Origin: Squalus acanthias
Lineage: Eukaryota
Assembly (NCBI GenBank): GCA_030390025.1
Contig: CM059432.1
Coordinates: 59,460,001 to 59,524,000 of the forward strand
Reading direction: 5' to 3'
DNA length: 64,000 nt
The first letter of the stretch is position 1. Every line of letters begins with the position of its first letter. Under the pieces are notes generated by a model. The model was not told where the DNA came from and made no database searches. It saw only the letters and a program-made list of their open reading frames with translations. Position numbers and translations under genes: made by a program. Shown piece by piece: positions 26,637 through 39,812 of this stretch.

Positions 26637-27610
26637 CTCGGAGGTCGAACTCCAAACCATCGTTAACACCTTCACCGAAGCGTACAAGAGCATGGGCCTT
26701 ACACTAAACATCCGTATGACAAAGGTCCTCTACCAACCTGCCCCCGCCACACAGTACTGCCCCCCGATTATCAAAATCCATGACAAGGCCTTGGACAACG
26801 TGGACCACTTTCCATACCTCGGGAGCCTACTGTCAACAAGGGCAGATGTCGATGACGAAGTCCAACACTGCCTTCAGTGTGCCAGTGCAGCCTTCGGTCG
26901 CCTGAGGAAGAGAGTGTTTGAAGACCAGGACCTCAGACCCGGCACCAAGCTCATGGTCTACAGAGCAGTAGTAATACCCGCCCTCTTGTATGCCTCAGAG
27001 ACATGGACCATGTACAGCAGGCACCTCAAGGCACTGGAGAGGTACCACCAACGCTGCCTCCGCAAGATCCTGCAAATCCATTGGCAGGATAGGTGCACCA
27101 ACGTCAGTGTTCTCGCTCAGGCCAACATCCCCAGCATCGAAGCTTTGACAACGCTCGATCAGCTCCGATGGACCGGTCACATCGTCCGCATGCCCGATAC
27201 GAGACTCCCAAAACAAGCACTCTACTCGGAGCTCCGACACGGCAAGAGAGCCCCAGGCGGGCAGAGGAAACGCTTCAAGGACACCCTCAAAGCCTCCTTG
27301 AAAAAGTGCAACATCCCCACCGACACCTGGGAATCCTTGGCCCAAGACCGTACAAAGTGGAGGAGAAGCATCCGGGAAGGCGCCGAATACCTTGAGTCTC
27401 TTCGCCGGGAGCAAGCGGAAGCCAAGCACAAACAGCGGAAGGAGCGCACGTCAATCCAAGCACCCCACCCACCCGCCCCTTCAACTACCGCCTGCCCCAC
27501 CTGTGACAGAGACTGTAGGTCCCGCATTGGACTCATCAGTCACCTGAGAACTCATTTTTAATGTGGAAGCAAGTCATCCTCGGTTCCAAGGGACTGCCTA
27601 AGAAGAAGAA
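26637..27610 (+). mobile_element. 5'-truncated RTE (BovB/Expander-like) LINE with an uninterrupted ORF end
   Basis: Open ORF to 27561: FPYLGS, ASAAFGRLRKRVF, LLYASETW, QLRWTGHIVRM, RKRFKDTLKASLK and C-terminal CxxC...HxxxH. (AAG)n tail; 9-bp TSD ggtcttagt. Confidence 0.93.
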
Positions 27611-28070
27611 GGTCTTAGTACTGAACCTTGGAGAACTCCACTCTATACTTCTTTCCAGTCTGAAAAACAGTCAATCATTCACCACAACACTGTTTTCTAT
27701 CCCTTAACCAATGTTGTATCCATGCTGCTACTGCCCCTTTTATCCCCTGGGCTTCCATTTTGCTAACAAGCTGTGTCTTTCACATACATCATCATATTGT
27801 GAGGGACTGCTAAAGACTGTTTCATCCAAAAGTTCTATCAATTATAAAGGTGTATATGAAAACCCCTTGTTTTTTTTAAATCTGAAACCTATTCAATAAT
27901 TTCCTTGCACACATTAAGAGTTACAAGTGTGTTGAGGGCTAATCTGAATTAAAGCAGCACAGTTAGGTACAGCTATAGAATGCATTGTTAACATAAGAAT
28001 AGTATTAAAATTACTTTCAATCATGTCAGATATAAAAACTGTATTTTGACAGAATAATTATGTCACATAC

Positions 28071-28145
28071 TTTGGCTCATTAACATTCAGGACTCGTCCC
28101 TCAGGGGTGATGAGCATTCGCTGTGGTTTTTGTTTTTTCTGATTT
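28071..28145 (-). CDS. DNAAF11: DNAAF11/LRRC6 coding exon (exon 7 equivalent)
   Basis: tctttgcag|A AAT CAG...CCA AA|gtatgt. Encodes NQKKQKPQRMLITPEGRVLNVNEP(K), matching [20 protein letters not shown]. Confidence 0.93.
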
Positions 28146-28635
28146 CTGCAAAGAAAATTATAAATTCAATAAAAGTGTTTGTATCTAACTAAACAAGCAG
28201 CTGGTCAAAACAAATGTTAAAAATCCTAGAACATTGATTTTTATCCTCCCATTTCTTCCCTCCTCTCTGGCCAGCGATGACCTATACTTGGTGTACAGTT
28301 TCACAGGCACCAGCAGGTCTCCTGTTACTCACCCAAATGTCCATTTCCTTCTAGTAAGCATACACAGCATGTGTTGGTAAACATTTAACCAATTCTATCC
28401 ATACCCAACGTTTACATATGTGCTCTTCCTAATAGAAGGTGACTGGACAGGAATTAGCAACAAGAACACTGGCTGATTTTTTTCACTCTCTCAAGCATGG
28501 GGATACGGAGACCAATAATAGTGTCTCCATTGTCAGTTTGCTAATGCAATAATGACCAGAGATCACAACAAGGGGAATGCCTGGCCTGAAGGGCTCACTA
28601 CTCTATCATGTGGTGCAGTTGCTTACTGAACCATC

Positions 28636-29325
28636 AACAATAACAACTTGTATTTATATAGCGCCTTTAACATAGTAAAATGTCCCAAGGCGCTTCACAG
28701 GAGTATTATAAGATGAAAAATTTGACACCGAACCATATAAGGAGAAATTAGGGCAGATGACCAAAAGCTTGGTCAAAGAGGTAGGTTTTAAGGAGCGTCT
28801 TAAAGGAGGAAAGAGAGGTAGAGAGGCGGAGAGGTTTAGGCAGGGAATTCCAGAGCTTAGGGCCTAGGCAACAGAAGGCACGGCCACCAATGGTTGAGCG
28901 ATTATAATCAGGGATGCTCAAGAGGGGAGAATTAGAGGAGCACAGATATCTCGGGGGGGTTGTGGGGCTGGAGGAGATTACAGAGATAGGAAGGGGCGAG
29001 GCCATGCAGGGATTTGAAAACAAGGATGAGAATTTTGAAATCAAGGCGTTGCTTAACCGGGAGCCAATGTAGGTCAGCAAGCACAGGGGCGATGGGTGAA
29101 CGGGACTTGGTGCCAGTTAGGACACGGGCAGCTGAGTTTTGGATGACCTCAAGTTTATGTAGGGTAGAATATGGGAGGCCAGCCAGTAGTGTCTTGGAAT
29201 AGCCAAGTCTAGAGGTAACAAAGGCATGGATGAGGGTTTCAGCAGCTGATGAGCTGAGGCAAGGGCAGAGACAGGCGATGTTCCGGAGGTGGAAATAGGC
29301 GGTCTTAGTTATGCCGCGGACTGCC
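28636..29325 (-). mobile_element. L2 LINE 3' end
   Basis: AYFHLRNIA, HAFVTSRL, LHWLPVKQR and FKTLLKTYLF peptides; ggcgctatataaatacaagttgtt tail. Confidence 0.92.
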
Positions 29326-30638
29326 AAGCATATATTTTTAAAGGCAGTTTCTACAGTGTACAGTGAGAATTGGCATGATTAAAAATGCAATATTAAATAC
29401 AGATAAATATACAGAAGAATTTATATGTTCCGCTTTATCAGTGTTCAGTACCTGAGATTACTGCGACTACAAAAAGTTTGTAATTGTTATAATAATAAAA
29501 GGACACCACTTTTAATATTAAACAACTATTCATGTAAACATCCATACAATACCAATAAACAAGCTACCACAATGAAAGATTGTTTAATGACTGGCTGCCT
29601 ACTTTTAAAATTTGCTTTGTGTAACTTGACCAACCTTTGGAGAAGACTGTTTATTCCATTCTGGGAGGGAGAATTAAGTAACTTTATGCAGGCTTAAGAA
29701 TATAGAAAAATACCTGGGAAAGGCAATTACTGAACAACCCAAAAGAAAAAAATTATAAGAGTGAAGTTGTTGAAAAGTATTCCACAAGTACAAATGTGAT
29801 TAGAAGGAAGATACACAAAGACATTAGAACACACATTTAAGTTAGAAATGCATTTCTGAATAACTTACTTAGAAGTTTTCTTTGACTTTCGAATGGGCCA
29901 GAAAAACACAAGTAAGTTAACAGTCACTCCACCAATAAAGTATGTTGTTTTAGCCAGTGTTGATGAAAATAAAACATGTTTTAAAAAGGATATCTAGGAA
30001 AGCAGCAGAAGTGGTCCTACTTGAGATCTCAGCCCCCCTTGGTGGTGAGGCAAAGAAGTGAAAATAAAAATCAGCCGGGGTCCCCACTCCTAGTCATTAG
30101 CCAGCAACTCCTGCTAGAAGTGCATGTGTTGGCATTGGGTTAGAATAGTATTAGGCTCAATTGCAGTTTCCCCTGTGATAAAGCAGTCTGCCAGTATTTT
30201 GTGTCTACACTCACACATGAAGAATGGCTATTTAAGTAAGGTACTGGAGGGTAACTGGTGCCCATGGAATTTTAGCTAGTAAGGAGTCAAGAGGTGAATT
30301 GGCAGAAAGAGGAGGGAAAAAAACAATAATGGATACATGCATTTCTTCATAGAAAAATAAAACCAGGATACACTGAAACAAACTTTCCAGGCTCCACAGG
30401 CTCCCTAGTGAATTGATTTTATTCCAGTTAATCAAACCCTATTTTACTCAAAATCTTGTGAGCAAGTAGTCATTTGGAAATTATAAACATATCCTTCAAT
30501 TATTTTTCAGAAAACATTGGACTTCATAAACAAATATGGTACAACCTATTTCCTAAATCTTGGACAAATCACTTTAAAGTAATGAAGAGTTTGAATAGCT
30601 GTTTGAAATAGCAATCTTTTTACGAATAATAATGTTAC

Positions 30639-30830
30639 TTGTCCTTGTCTTTAGATTTCCGAATCTTCTCAATGTATCGATGGGCCTCCAGTCTGGATTC
30701 AGGAGTGTACTGTGAAGGTTCCGTCCAGAATTTCCTGTTCATTTCATCATCTTTTATATTCTTTTGGTCATTATCCTCTTCCCCATCGCTGCTGCTTTGT
30801 TTATTCTCTGTGTTCTGTCCATGGTCAAGT
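30639..30830 (-). CDS. DNAAF11: DNAAF11/LRRC6 coding exon (exon 6 equivalent)
   Basis: ttttggttag|A CTT GAC...GAC AA|gtaaca, 192 bp. Contains FWTEPSQYTPESRLEAHRYIEK, matching LRRC6 [22 protein letters not shown]. Confidence 0.92.
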
Positions 30831-31379
30831 CTAACCAAAAGAGAAAAATGAAAGATAACAACTTGACACAAAAGGGCTTTTAACAACAGAAAAAAAAGTT
30901 AAACCTATCAATTTTCCTATACTCTTGTTGTTAATAAAATAGGGATGACAGACAGATCTGTAATCTGATAACCTGGCATCTTAATGGAAAAATTATTAGT
31001 GACAAAAGGCTATACGAGGTCAACTAGAAATTTAAAGCACTGAACTCAGAGTTATTCGGTTGATCTGCAGGAGCCGTGGTTTGGTGTTGAAGATCATTTT
31101 CTTCTTTGGAGGAAAAGACTCATGACATGTGGAATCAAGATACAATTAAATTTTCTTGTTCTTGAAATGACAGTCACTACAGATCTCATGTATTTTAAAA
31201 TATTGTATTCATCTTTAAACAATTTAAACATGTCCAACAAGGAAGGGTGCAGAGCTAGATTTAGTTCCAAGTAACGAAGCAGGACAAGTGAGTGACCTGA
31301 AGGTAAGAAAACACCTGGGGAAATAGTGACCATAACCTAATTAGTCTCACATTGAAATTTAATAAAGAAAAAGAGTTCA

Positions 31380-32465
31380 GGATAAATTTACTGGTATAGA
31401 ATTAGCTATGGAAGGTGACCGAGACTAGATTAATTGGTTGGAGAAAATGGCAGATCAAACAGTGGACTAGCAGTAGGAGATATTTAAATACAACATGGAT
31501 AGGTACAGGTTAAATAAATACATTTTAAAAAGTATATGATAAATATAGATCTGTCGTACAGAAGGTATAGAAAGGAAGCACAGAAAGGGATTAGGACGGT
31601 GAATATGGGACTGTAGCAGTACCTGAGGAGGTAAGTATTCAAAAATAATGAGACTAAAAGTCGAAAAATCACCAGGCCCAGATGGTATGCATCCCAGAAT
31701 ACTGAAGGATGTTACGGAGGAGATCCTGCAGCAGTTACTAACTATAATTTTCACAAAAAGAAAGAAGAAAGATTTGCATTTATATAGCGCCTTTCACGAC
31801 CACCGGACGTCCCAAAGCACTTTACAGCCAATGAAGTACTTTTGAAGTGTAGTCACTGTTGTAATGTAGGAAATGTAACAGCCAATTTGCGCACAGCAAG
31901 CTCCCACAAACAGCAATGTGATAATGACCATTTAATCTGTTTTAGTGATGTTGGTTGAGGGATAAATATTGGCCAGGACATCGGGTATAATTCCCCTACT
32001 CTTCTTCAAAATAGTGCCATGGGATCTTTTACGTCTACCTGAGAGAGCAGACAGGGCCTTGGTTTAACATCTCATCCAAAAGACAGCACCTCTGACAGTG
32101 CAGCACTCCCTCAGTACTGTGCTGGAGTGTCAGCCTAGATTTTTGTGCTCAAGTCCCTGGAGTGGGACCTGAACACAGAACCTTCTGACTCAAAGGCGAA
32201 AATGCTACCAACTGAGCCACAGCTACACTGACACAAAACCATTCAAAACAGAAGTACCAAAGGACTGGAGAGTGAAAAATATTTTACTCCTGTTCAGGAA
32301 AGAGGGAAAGGGTAAACTGGGAAACTATAGGCTAATTTGTCTTCCCTCCATTGTAGGGAAATTTTGAATCCATAATATGGAATGAAGTTAGAGAACGCTG
32401 AGAAAGTCAAGGGCTAATGAGGAACAGTAAGTGTGGATTTGCAAAGGGCAGGTCGTGCTTGACTG
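31380..32465 (+). mobile_element. Old CR1 ORF2 fragments interrupted by a SINE
   Basis: KSPGPDGMHPRILK at 31665-31710; GNYRL and GFAKGRSCLT-like sequence at 32320-32465. Confidence 0.7.
31759..32228 (-). mobile_element. Full-length tRNA-headed Deu-type SINE
   Basis: Minus-strand head tggctcagttggtagc (A box) and gttcaggtcccac (B-box-like); same core and tail as 19986-20361. Confidence 0.85.
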
Positions 32466-32745
32466 CAGGACTGAGGGAATGTTGCACTGCCAGAGGTGCT
32501 GTTTTTTGGCACTATTCAAAGAAGAGCAGTGAGTTTTCCTGGTGCCAAAACCAATATTTATCCCTCAACCAACATTACTAAAAAAAAGATCATCAGGTCA
32601 TTTATCTTACTACTGTTTATGGGATGTGTGTGAAAATTGTTTATATTTCCCTACATAGCAACAATGGCTACATTTCAAAATACTTTGTTGGCTGTGAAGC
32701 ATTTTGGGACGTTCTAGATCATGATAGGTGCTACATAAATGCAAT
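32466..32745 (+). mobile_element. Degenerate Deu-type SINE
   Basis: actgagggaatgttgcactg...ggcactattcaaagaagagcag...gctacataaatgca matches the other SINE copies. Confidence 0.7.
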
Positions 32746-33414
32746 TTTTTTTATTTCTTTATTTTTTTCCCCCAATGTTCTCCCCTTCTGAAAACATTTA
32801 CTCCTGTTGGGGCATAATTCTGCAGCTGCAAGGCATCCTTCCAGTGCCTTTCACAAGTGGCATTTTTCTCATGAGTGGGTGGCTGGGGGGGAGGGGCTTT
32901 GTTTGGGAGAGAGATAAGAGCCTTACAGCTGAGCTAAACCCTGTTCATTCCAGGAAAGCTTAACCCAACTGCAACACTCCTACTGCTGTCTCAACTGACG
33001 CAGCAATAAGGCTAGGAATCAATATTGGAATCTTCTTGAACGGTAACTTTCAGTGTCACACCCAGTGAATCAATGAGTTAGGGATTTCCACATTCCTATC
33101 CTTTCCAATCATTTTCATCTCACACTTCCTCTTTCAATACCATTTGGTGATAAATGGGCCAACGGAATGTCTCCCAATGTGAGTTGGAACTCCATCTCTT
33201 CTGCCCACCCCACAACACTGCTGAAATGAAAGAATCCACTAATACAGGCAAACTGTAGTCCAACAAAGATGAGAAAAATTCTATGATTCAGTTTATAATT
33301 CAGATTTACACCCTTCGCTTATGAATCTATTACTTGGTTCTTGACGTTCGATAAAAGGATGCCATACCAAAAATAGTGGGGAACCAAGGGGGTAATAAGA
33401 GTCAGGAACTTATT

Positions 33415-34077
33415 GGCCCATATTTTCCGATCGCTACGGGTGTGTACGAGGTGTGTACACACCCGTAGGGACCTCGCAAGTGCCGGTTTCAGGCATGCGA
33501 AGCGCATGAGCTAAAAACCGGTACTTCCGATCTGTCAAGAATTCTCTTGACAGATCGCACGCCTGCCCTGGAGAAGGGCCTCTGCGGGTGGAGTGTTCCA
33601 CTTTCTGCAGAACCTCCGCCCGCTGAAATCCCTTAAAAATCTTACGCCTGGTAAAAGCAGGCGTAAGGCCTGCTTTTACCAGCATAAGAGTTTAAAAAAG
33701 TAAAAAACTATTTTTGTTTAAAATATTTAATTTAATGTAATTTTAACTAATTTTAAAAACGTGATTTTTTTTGTTAAATTTATTTAATGTTTTGATGTGA
33801 TTTTTCAGTGTTCCCTATTCATACTTTTGACAGGTCTAAGCTGTCAAAAGTGTGAAGGGGGATTCCCTTCTTTCATTGGTTCCCCACGGCCCACGTGATC
33901 CCAGGGACGCTTGCGAACTGCATGCGCCCCTGGGTTACGTGGGCCCTGCGCATTTCGTAGAGCAGAGGCCCAGGAGCGGAAATGGCCGGACCTTTGGAGC
34001 CCTCAGGTAAGGGCGTAGATTTTTTCCAGATCGGAGGCCTCCGCACGCAGGAAGCTGCCGATCGGAAAATACGGGCC
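33415..34077. mobile_element. Harbinger-type MITE
   Basis: 19-bp TIR ggcccRtattttccgatcg with one mismatch; TSD degenerate. Confidence 0.8.
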
Positions 34078-34643
34078 AAAGTAATTAATAACAGTAGAGA
34101 AAAAGTACTGGAGAAACTAATGGCACTAAAAGCCGACAAATCCCTTGAACCTGATGGCCTACATCCTAAGGTTCTAAAAGAGGTGGCATGCAGAGATAGT
34201 GGATGCATTGGTTAAGATCTTCCAAAATTCCCCAGATTCTAGAATGGTCCCAGTGGATCGAAGGTAGCAAATGTAACCCCGCTATTCAAGAAAGGGGGGA
34301 GAGCGAAAACAGGGAACTACAGTCCAGTTAGCCTGACATCAGTCATCGGGAAAATGCTAGAATCCATTATTAAGGAAGTGGTAACAGGGCACTTAGAAAA
34401 TCAGAATATAGTATTTTGAGGATGTAACTAGCAGGTTAGATAAAGGGGAACCAGTGGATGTAGTATATTTGGGTTTCCAAAAGGAATTCGATAAGTTCCA
34501 CATAAAAGGTTGTTATGCAAGATAAGGGCTCATGGGGTTGGGAGTAATATATTAGCATGACAGAGGATTGGTTAACGGACAGAAAACACAGAGTAGGGAT
34601 AAATGGGTCATTTTCCAGTTGGCAGGCTGTAACTAGTGGGCCA

Positions 34644-37620
34644 CATAGAACATAAGACGTAGGAGCAGGAGTAGGTCATTTGGCCCCTCGAGCCTGCTCC
34701 GTCATTCAATAAGATCATGGCTGATCTGATCTTGGCCTCAACTCCACTTCCCTGCCCACTCCCCATAACCCTTGACTCCCTTACCATTCAAAATTCTGTC
34801 TATCTCCATCTTAAATAGATTCAATGACCCATCCTCCACAGCTCTCTGGGGAAGAGAATTCCAAAGATTCACGACCCTCTGAGAGAAGAAATTCCTCCTC
34901 ATTTCCGATTTAACAGGGTGCCCCCTTATTCTGAAATTATGCCCCCTAGTTCTAGATTCCCCCATGAGGGGAAACATCCTTTCTGCATCTACCCTGTCAA
35001 GCCCCTTCAGAATCTTATATGTTTCAATAAGATCCCCTCTCATTCTTCTAAACTCCAATGAGTATAGGCCCAACCTGCTCAACCTTTCTTCATAAGACAA
35101 CCTCTTCATCTCTGGAATCAACCTCGTGAACCTTCTCTGAACTGCCTCCAATGCAAGTATATCCTTCCTTAAATAAGGAGACCAAAACTGTATGCAGTAC
35201 TCCAGGTGTGGTCTCACCAACGCCCTGTACAGTTGTAACAGGACTTCCCTACTTTTATATTCCATTCCCTTTGCAATAAAGGCCAACATTCCATTTGCCT
35301 TCCTAATTACTTGCTGTACCTGCATGCTAACTTTTTGGGATTCATGTACAAGGACCCCCAGATCCCTCTGTACCTCAGCATTTTGTAATTTCGCCCCATT
35401 TAAATACTAATTTGCTTTTTTATTTTTCCTATCAAAGTGGATAACCTTGCATTTTCCCACATTAAACTCCATCTGCCAGATTTTTGCCCACTCACTTAGC
35501 CTATCCAGATCCCTTTGGAGATTCTTTGCGTCTTCCACACAATTTGCTTTCCCACCTATCTTTGTATCATCAGCAAATTTAGCTACTCAGTCCCTTCATC
35601 CAAGTCATTAATATAGATTGTAAATAGTTGAGGCCCCAGCACTGATCCCTGCGGCACCCCACTAGTTACAGTTTGCCAACCTGAAAATGACCCATTTATC
35701 CCGACTCTCTGTTTTCTGTTAGTTAGCCAATCCTCTATCCATGCTAATATATTACTCCCAACCCCGTGAGCTCTTATCTTGTGTAGTACCCTTTTATGTG
35801 GCACCTTATCGAATGCCTTCTGGAAATCCAAATACACGACATCTACTGTTTCCCCTTTATTCACCCTGCTCATTACATCCTCAAAGAACTCCAGCAAATT
35901 TGTCAAACATGATTTCCCTTTCATAAAACCATGCTGACTCTGCTTGACTATATTGTGATTTTCTAAATGTCCTGCTACCACTTCCTTAATAAGGAATCCA
36001 GCATTTTCCCAATGACAGATGTTAGGCTAACTGGTCGATAGTTGCCTGCTTTCTGTCTCCCTCCTTTCCTATATAGGGGCGTTATATTTGCGGTTTTCCA
36101 GTCCGCTGGGACCTCTCCAGAATCCAGGGAATTTTGGTAGATGACAACCAATGCAACCATTATCTCTGCAACCACCTCTTTTAAGACTCTAGGATGCAGG
36201 CCATCGGGTCCAGGGGACTTGTCCACCTTTAGTCCCATTAGTTTGCCTCGTACTTTCTCTCTAGTGATAGTGATTGTTTTAAGTTCCCCTCCCCCCACCC
36301 CAATAACCCCTTGATTATCCATTATTGGGATGCTTTTAGTGTCTTCTACCGTGAAGACCGATACAAAATATTTGTTCAAAGTCTCCAATATTTAATTTTT
36401 TCCCATTATTAATTCCCCATCCTCTAGGGGACCAATGTTTGCTTTAGCTACTCTCTTCCTTTTTATATACCTGTAGAAGCTCTTACTGTCTGTTTTTATA
36501 TTTCTTGCTAGCTTACACTCATCAGCTATCTTCTCTCTCTATCATTTTTTTAGTCGTCCTTTGCTGGTTTTTAAAAATTTCCCAATCCTCTGGCCTTTCA
36601 CTATTTTTCGCAACATTGTATGCTTTTGTTTTCAATTTGCTACCATCCTTTACTTCCTTAGTTAGCCACGGATGGTTCATCCTTCTCTTAGAGTCTCTCT
36701 TTCTCACTGGAATATATCTTTGCTGAGAGTTATGAAATATCTCCTTAAGTGTTTGCCACTGCTTTTCTACAGTCTTACCCTGTAATATATTTTCCCAGTT
36801 CACTTTAACCAAGTCTGCCTTCATACCTTTGTAATTACCTTTGTTTAAGTTCAGGACACTAGTTTGAGACTTAGCTTTCTCACCCTCAAACTGAATTTGA
36901 AATTCTACCATGCTATGATCACTCTTCCCAAGAGGATCCTTCACCTCGAGATCATTAATTAATCCAGCCTCGTTACACAATACCAGATCTAAAATAGTCT
37001 TCTCCCTAGTTGGTTCCACAACATATTGTTCCAAGAAATCATCCCGTATACACTCTAAGAACTCTTCCTTAAGTCTACCTTTGCCAATTTGCTTTGTCCA
37101 ATCAATATGAAGATTAAAATCTCCCATGATTATAGTCGTACCTTTCTTACAAGTCTATTATTTCTTGATTTATACTCTGTCCTACAGTATGACTACTGTT
37201 TGAGGGCCTGTAGACCAATCCCACCAGTGACTTCTTACCCTTATTATTTCTTATCTCCACCCAAACTGATTCTACGTCTTGATCTTCTAGGCCAATTATC
37301 ATTTCTCATTACTGCACTGATCTCATCCCTATTAACAGAGCTACACCACCTCCTTCTCCTTTCTGCCTATCCTTACGAAATGGTAAATACCCCTGAATAT
37401 TCAGTTCCCAGCCTTGGTCACCTTGCAACCACGTCTCTGTAATGGCTATCAGATCACACCCATTTATTTCTATTTGTGCTGTCAACTCATCTATCTTGTT
37501 ACGAATGCTGCGTGCGTTCAGATATAGAGCTTTTAATGTTGTCTTTTTACCATTTTTCCCTACTCTGACCCCTCTTTCTGATGCACTCTTATGTGTATAC
37601 GCTCTGTCCCTTCCTGTCAT
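34644..37620 (-). mobile_element. CR1 LINE, essentially complete ORF2 (APE and RT), nested in another CR1
   Basis: [45 protein letters not shown] and [10 protein letters not shown] peptides; 3' tail at 34644. Confidence 0.95.
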
Positions 37621-38850
37621 TACCCCTATCGCTACATCAGTGCTTGGGCCTCAGCTATTTACAATCTAGATTAATGACTTAGATGAAGGGACCGAGTGCA
37701 ATGTATCCAAGTTTGCTGAAGACACAAAGCTAGGTGGGAAAGTAAGCTGTGAGGAGGACACAAAGAGTAAGGGGATATAGACAGGTTAAATGAGTGGGCA
37801 ATAAGGAGGCAAATGGAGTATAATGTGAGGTTATTCACTTTGGTAGGAAGAATGGAAAAACAGAATTTTTTTAAATGGTGAGAAACTATTAAATATTGGT
37901 GTTCAGAGAGATTTAGGTGTCCTCATACAGGAAACACAGAAAGTTAGCATGCAGGTACAGCAAGCAATTAGGAAGGCAAATGGCATGTTGGCCTTTATTG
38001 CAAGGGGGTTGGAGTACAAGAGTAAATCTTGCTACAACTGTACGGGTCTTTGGTGAGATCACACCTGGAGTACTGTGCACAGTTTTGGTCTCCTTATCTA
38101 AGGAAGGATATACTTGCCTTAGAGGCGGTGCAATGAAGGTTCACTAAATTTATCCCTGGGATGAGAGGGTTGTCCTATGAGGAGAGATTGAGTAGATTGG
38201 GCCTATACTCTGGAGTTTGGAAGAATGAGAGCTGATCTCATTGAAACATAAAAGATTCTGAGGGGAATTGACAGGGTAGATGCTGAGAGGTTGTTTCCCC
38301 TGGCTGGAGAGTCTAGAACTAGGGGGCATAATCTGAGGAGGAATTTCTTCAATCAGAGGGTTGTGAATCTTTGGAATTCTCTAACCAAAGGGTTGTGAAT
38401 GCTGAGTCGTTGAGTATATTCAAGGCTGAGCTAGATAGATTTTTGGACTCTCGGGGAATCAAGGTATATGGGGCTTGGGCAGGGAAGTGGCGTTGAAGTC
38501 AAAGATCAGCCATGATCTTATTGAATGGTGGAGCAGGCTCAAGGAGCCGTATGGCCTACTCCTGTTCCAAATTCTTATGTTCTTATTTTTCTTTAAAGCC
38601 TATTCTTAGAATAGAAAAGGACAAGGAAAAATCAAGTGTAAAAATACTCAACTGGAGGAGAGCTAATTTCAGTGAGTTGAAAATAAATCTGGCCCAAGTG
38701 GATTGCAATCAAAGATTGGCAGGTAAAACAGTAAATGAGCAATGGGAGGCCTTCAAAGAGGAGATAGTTCGGGGACAGACTAGACACATTCCCACGAGGA
38801 GGAAAAGAAAGGCATCGAAAGCTAGAGCTTCCTGGATGACTAAATATATA

Positions 38851-39587
38851 GGGCCGGAATTCGCTGTGGGTAATAATGGTGAACTAACAGGATGTAGCAC
38901 ATGCGAATCTAAATGCGGAAATCCTGAAGCTGTGGTCAGTCATTCACTACTCCAACATTGGTAGTGCTGTGGTCCACCCTGCCCCCTCCCTGCCCCCTCC
39001 CCCCCCCACTCCCCTTTATGGCAATCAGTGAAACTGACGAAAACTTGGGCTTTTCCATGGTAATATCGCTGTTAAATACCCCATTAAATGTTAGGCCTTG
39101 TTGGATTAGGTGTAACTGGGGTTTTAACAGCATATTGACTGCTAAACAAACGTTATGGCCCTGAAAAACTAATTTTAAGTTTGTGGAGTGTCAAATTTCT
39201 CCATTGATAAAAATTACAATTTTTAAGAAACATTTAAAATCAATTTTTTTTTTTAAAGTTTGTTCATGATATTTCAGGTTCTACCTTATCCCCATGCGAG
39301 AGCCCCAATATTTGTTTTGCTCTCTGTAACATTTTTTTAAAGTCGGGATAAAGGCAGGTTCTCATTTCCTGATTCCCTGTTTGTGAGAATTCTGCAATGT
39401 GATTGACTGCTCAGACAACTTGTTGATGTCACAGCAGATTGCATTAGGGAATCCCCACTATACTGCACTAAACTCACTTATGAAAAAGGCAAACTTCTAC
39501 ACAGAGATCGTGAGATCTTTGTGGGCAACTTTCTTCGGGGCCAGCAGCGAACGCCTTTGCTTCGCCGCTGACCACAAATTCCGGGCC
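38851..39587. mobile_element. Harbinger-type MITE
   Basis: TIRs gggccggaatt and aattccgggcc; TSD ATA. Confidence 0.88.
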
Positions 39588-39660
39588 ATAGAGATTAAAA
39601 TAAAACAGAAAAAGGAGGTTTATGATAAATGTCAGGTTCAATATTCAGTAGAGAACCAAG

Positions 39661-39812
39661 AAATGTTCCCTTTAAGCTGTGCGCCTCTGGCTCTGGATAT
39701 CTCGCGCAGCCGGCTTTTAAATGCAAAAACCACACAGGTGCGGATTTTTGAACGGGTCGTGCAGCCCATTAAAATGGCCGCATGGCCCAAAAAGAAATTA
39801 GAGGGAACATTG
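39661..39812. mobile_element. hAT-type MITE (152 bp)
   Basis: TIRs aaatgttccctttaa and ttagagggaacattg; 8-bp TSD gaaccaag (39653-39660, 39813-39820). Confidence 0.85.

Larger units (their letters stand above)
22994..27768 (-). mobile_element. 5'-truncated CR1 LINE hosting nested Harbinger, MITE and RTE insertions
   Basis: 18-bp direct repeat agctgtgtctttcacata at 22976-22993 and 27769-27786; CR1 pieces at 25170-25575, 26303-26636 and 27611-27768. Confidence 0.85.
33340..38586 (+). mobile_element. 5'-truncated CR1 split by a MITE (33415-34077) and by an opposite-strand CR1
   Basis: RT segments 34078-34641 and 37636-38586 join at actagtggg...atcagtgcttgggcc; (ttcttatg)n tail. Confidence 0.85.

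Noticed and set aside
32150..32228. tRNA gene
   Set aside because: The tRNA-like sequence is the head of a SINE and continues into the SINE body; no complete cloverleaf.
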